From Chiloscyllium plagiosum (lineage: Eukaryota): DNA of 36,187 nt. How positions within the stretch are numbered: position 1 is the first letter of the stretch; every line of letters starts with the position of its first letter. A program made the position numbers and the translations under genes. The stretch spans positions 81,792,028 to 81,828,214 of the forward strand of contig NC_057718.1 of the NCBI RefSeq assembly GCF_004010195.1, given 5' to 3'. Under the pieces are notes generated by a model. It had not been told where the DNA came from and searched no databases. It saw only the letters and a program-made list of their open reading frames with translations. Of this stretch, positions 34,604-36,187 are shown piece after piece.

Positions 34604-34903
34604 GGGAGGCACGGTGGCTCAGTGTTAGTACCAGGGTCCCAGATTCGATTCTAGCCTTGGGTGACTGTGTGTGTGGAGTTTGCACATTCTCCCCTTGTCT
34701 GCGTGGGTTTCCCCTGGGTGCTCTGGTTTCCTCCACAGTCCAAAGATGTGCAGATCAGGTGAACTAACCATGCTAAATTGCCCATAGTGTTAGATGCATT
34801 AGTCGGAGGGAAATGGGACTGGGTGAGTTACTCTTCGGAGGGTTGGTGTGGACTTGTTGGGCTGAAGGGACTGTTTCCACACTGTAGGGAATCTAATCTA
34901 ATC
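34604..34903 (+). mobile_element. HE1-type V-SINE
   Basis: ggcacggtggctcagtg, V-domain and tail ctgtttccacactgtagggaatctaatctaatc. Confidence 0.88.
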
Positions 34904-35166
34904 AAAAATGGATGTGGGCAAATGTGAGATCATGGAATCATACAGTACGGAAACAGACCCTTCAATCTAGCACTTCCATGCTGACCAGGTTTTCAAAATT
35001 AAATTTGTCCTGAAACTATAAAGAATACAACTAAATGGTGGAAAGTAAGAAATAGTGGAGGTTTTCCAGGGTTGGGGCACCTAGATCATTAAAATATCAT
35101 GAATAGGTACAGATAATAACCACAAGCTTATGTAATATTGCTCTTTATATCGAGAAGGCTGGATTA

Positions 35167-35484
35167 TTAGATTAGATTAGATTACTTACAGTGTGGAAAC
35201 AGGCCCTTCGGCCCAACAAGTCCACACCGACCCGCCGAAGCGTAACCCACCCATACCCCTACATTTACCCCTTTACCTAACACTACGGGCAATTTAGCAT
35301 GGCCAATTCACCTGACTTGCACATCTTTGGAGTGTGGGAGGAAACCGGAGCACCCGGAGGAAACCCACGCAGACACGGGGAGAATGTGCAAACTCCACAC
35401 AGTCAGTTGCCTGAGGCGGGAATTGAACCCGGGTCTCTAGCGCTGCGAGGCAGCAGTGCTAATCACTGTGCCACCGTGCCACCC
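35167..35484 (-). mobile_element. HE1-type V-SINE, well preserved
   Basis: Reverse complement of a full SINE with B box ggttcaattcc and (aatct)n tail; gattat on both flanks. Confidence 0.92.
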
Positions 35485-35784
35485 ACGATTATAAAGTGTT
35501 TGAGATTATGCTAGAACCATACAAAGCCCCAGTGAGATGGCCTGTGTTATAAAAATCCTAATTCTCAAGTGATACGAATATATTATACACCTTTATCATA
35601 AAATGATGTGATTAGAGTTTGCAAACAGTACAACACAAATGGTAATCTCTACTCAAAATACTGCTGTCAGACCAAAAAGATGTGCTGTCTCCCACACAAT
35701 TGACTTGTGTACTCTGTGACTTTTAGAGCCTATTTGAAACCATATTTCATAGAACCATACAATCATACAGTACAGAAGCAGTGT

Positions 35785-36187
35785 TCATCAATTGTGTCAG
35801 GGGATTCTGTAGTCAGAGATACAGACAAACGTTTCTGTGGCCAGCAGAGGAAAAGCAGAATGGTGCGTTGTTTCCATGGTGCCAGAATCAAGGATGTCTC
35901 AGAGAGGGTGCAGAATGTTCTCATGGGGGAGAGGGACCAGCAGGAACCAACATTGGAACCAATGACATTGGAAGGGAAAAGGTTGAGACTCTGAAGGGAG
36001 ATTACAGAGAGTTAGGCAGAAATTTAAAAAGGAGATCCTCAAGGGTAGTAATATCTGGATTACTCCCAGCGCTACGGGGTAGTGAGGGCAGGAATAGGCG
36101 GATAGAGCAGATGACTGCATGGCTGAGGAGCTGGTGTCTGGGAGAAGGATTCACATTTTTGGATCATTGGAATCTCTTTTGGGGTAG
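35785..36187 (+). mobile_element. CR1-like LINE ORF1 SGNH-esterase fragment (runs off the window)
   Basis: IVSGDSVVRDTDKRFCG...RCFHGARIKDV..GTNDIG..VVISGLLP..WLRSWC..GFTFLDHW, frameshifted. Confidence 0.8.

Overview
Repeat-dense eukaryotic genomic DNA, most likely from an elasmobranch (shark). This is inferred from HE1-type V-SINEs, DeuSINE relics, HER1/CR1 LINEs and Penelope-like palindromes. No intact protein-coding host gene is recognisable, and most listed ORFs are decayed transposon frames or their antisense shadows. Main contents: (1) 4.6-13.7 kb, a head-to-tail minus-strand array of four Tx1-clade (L1-type) non-LTR retrotransposon copies, one near full length, whose 3' junctions repeatedly fall at the same position of a Gypsy-type LTR. 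(2) 25.2-30.25 kb, a decayed Gypsy LTR retrotransposon with both LTRs, PBS, PPT and a CATTT target-site duplication; its 3' LTR carries two inverted copies of a non-coding poly(A)-type element. (3) Scattered CR1, RTE and Harbinger relics, SINEs, and Penelope-like palindromes retaining hammerhead-ribozyme core motifs. The best candidate for an undescribed system is a Tx1 family, possibly with a non-autonomous partner, that targets the TATA region of Gypsy LTRs. Family names come from motif recognition only; no database search was run.
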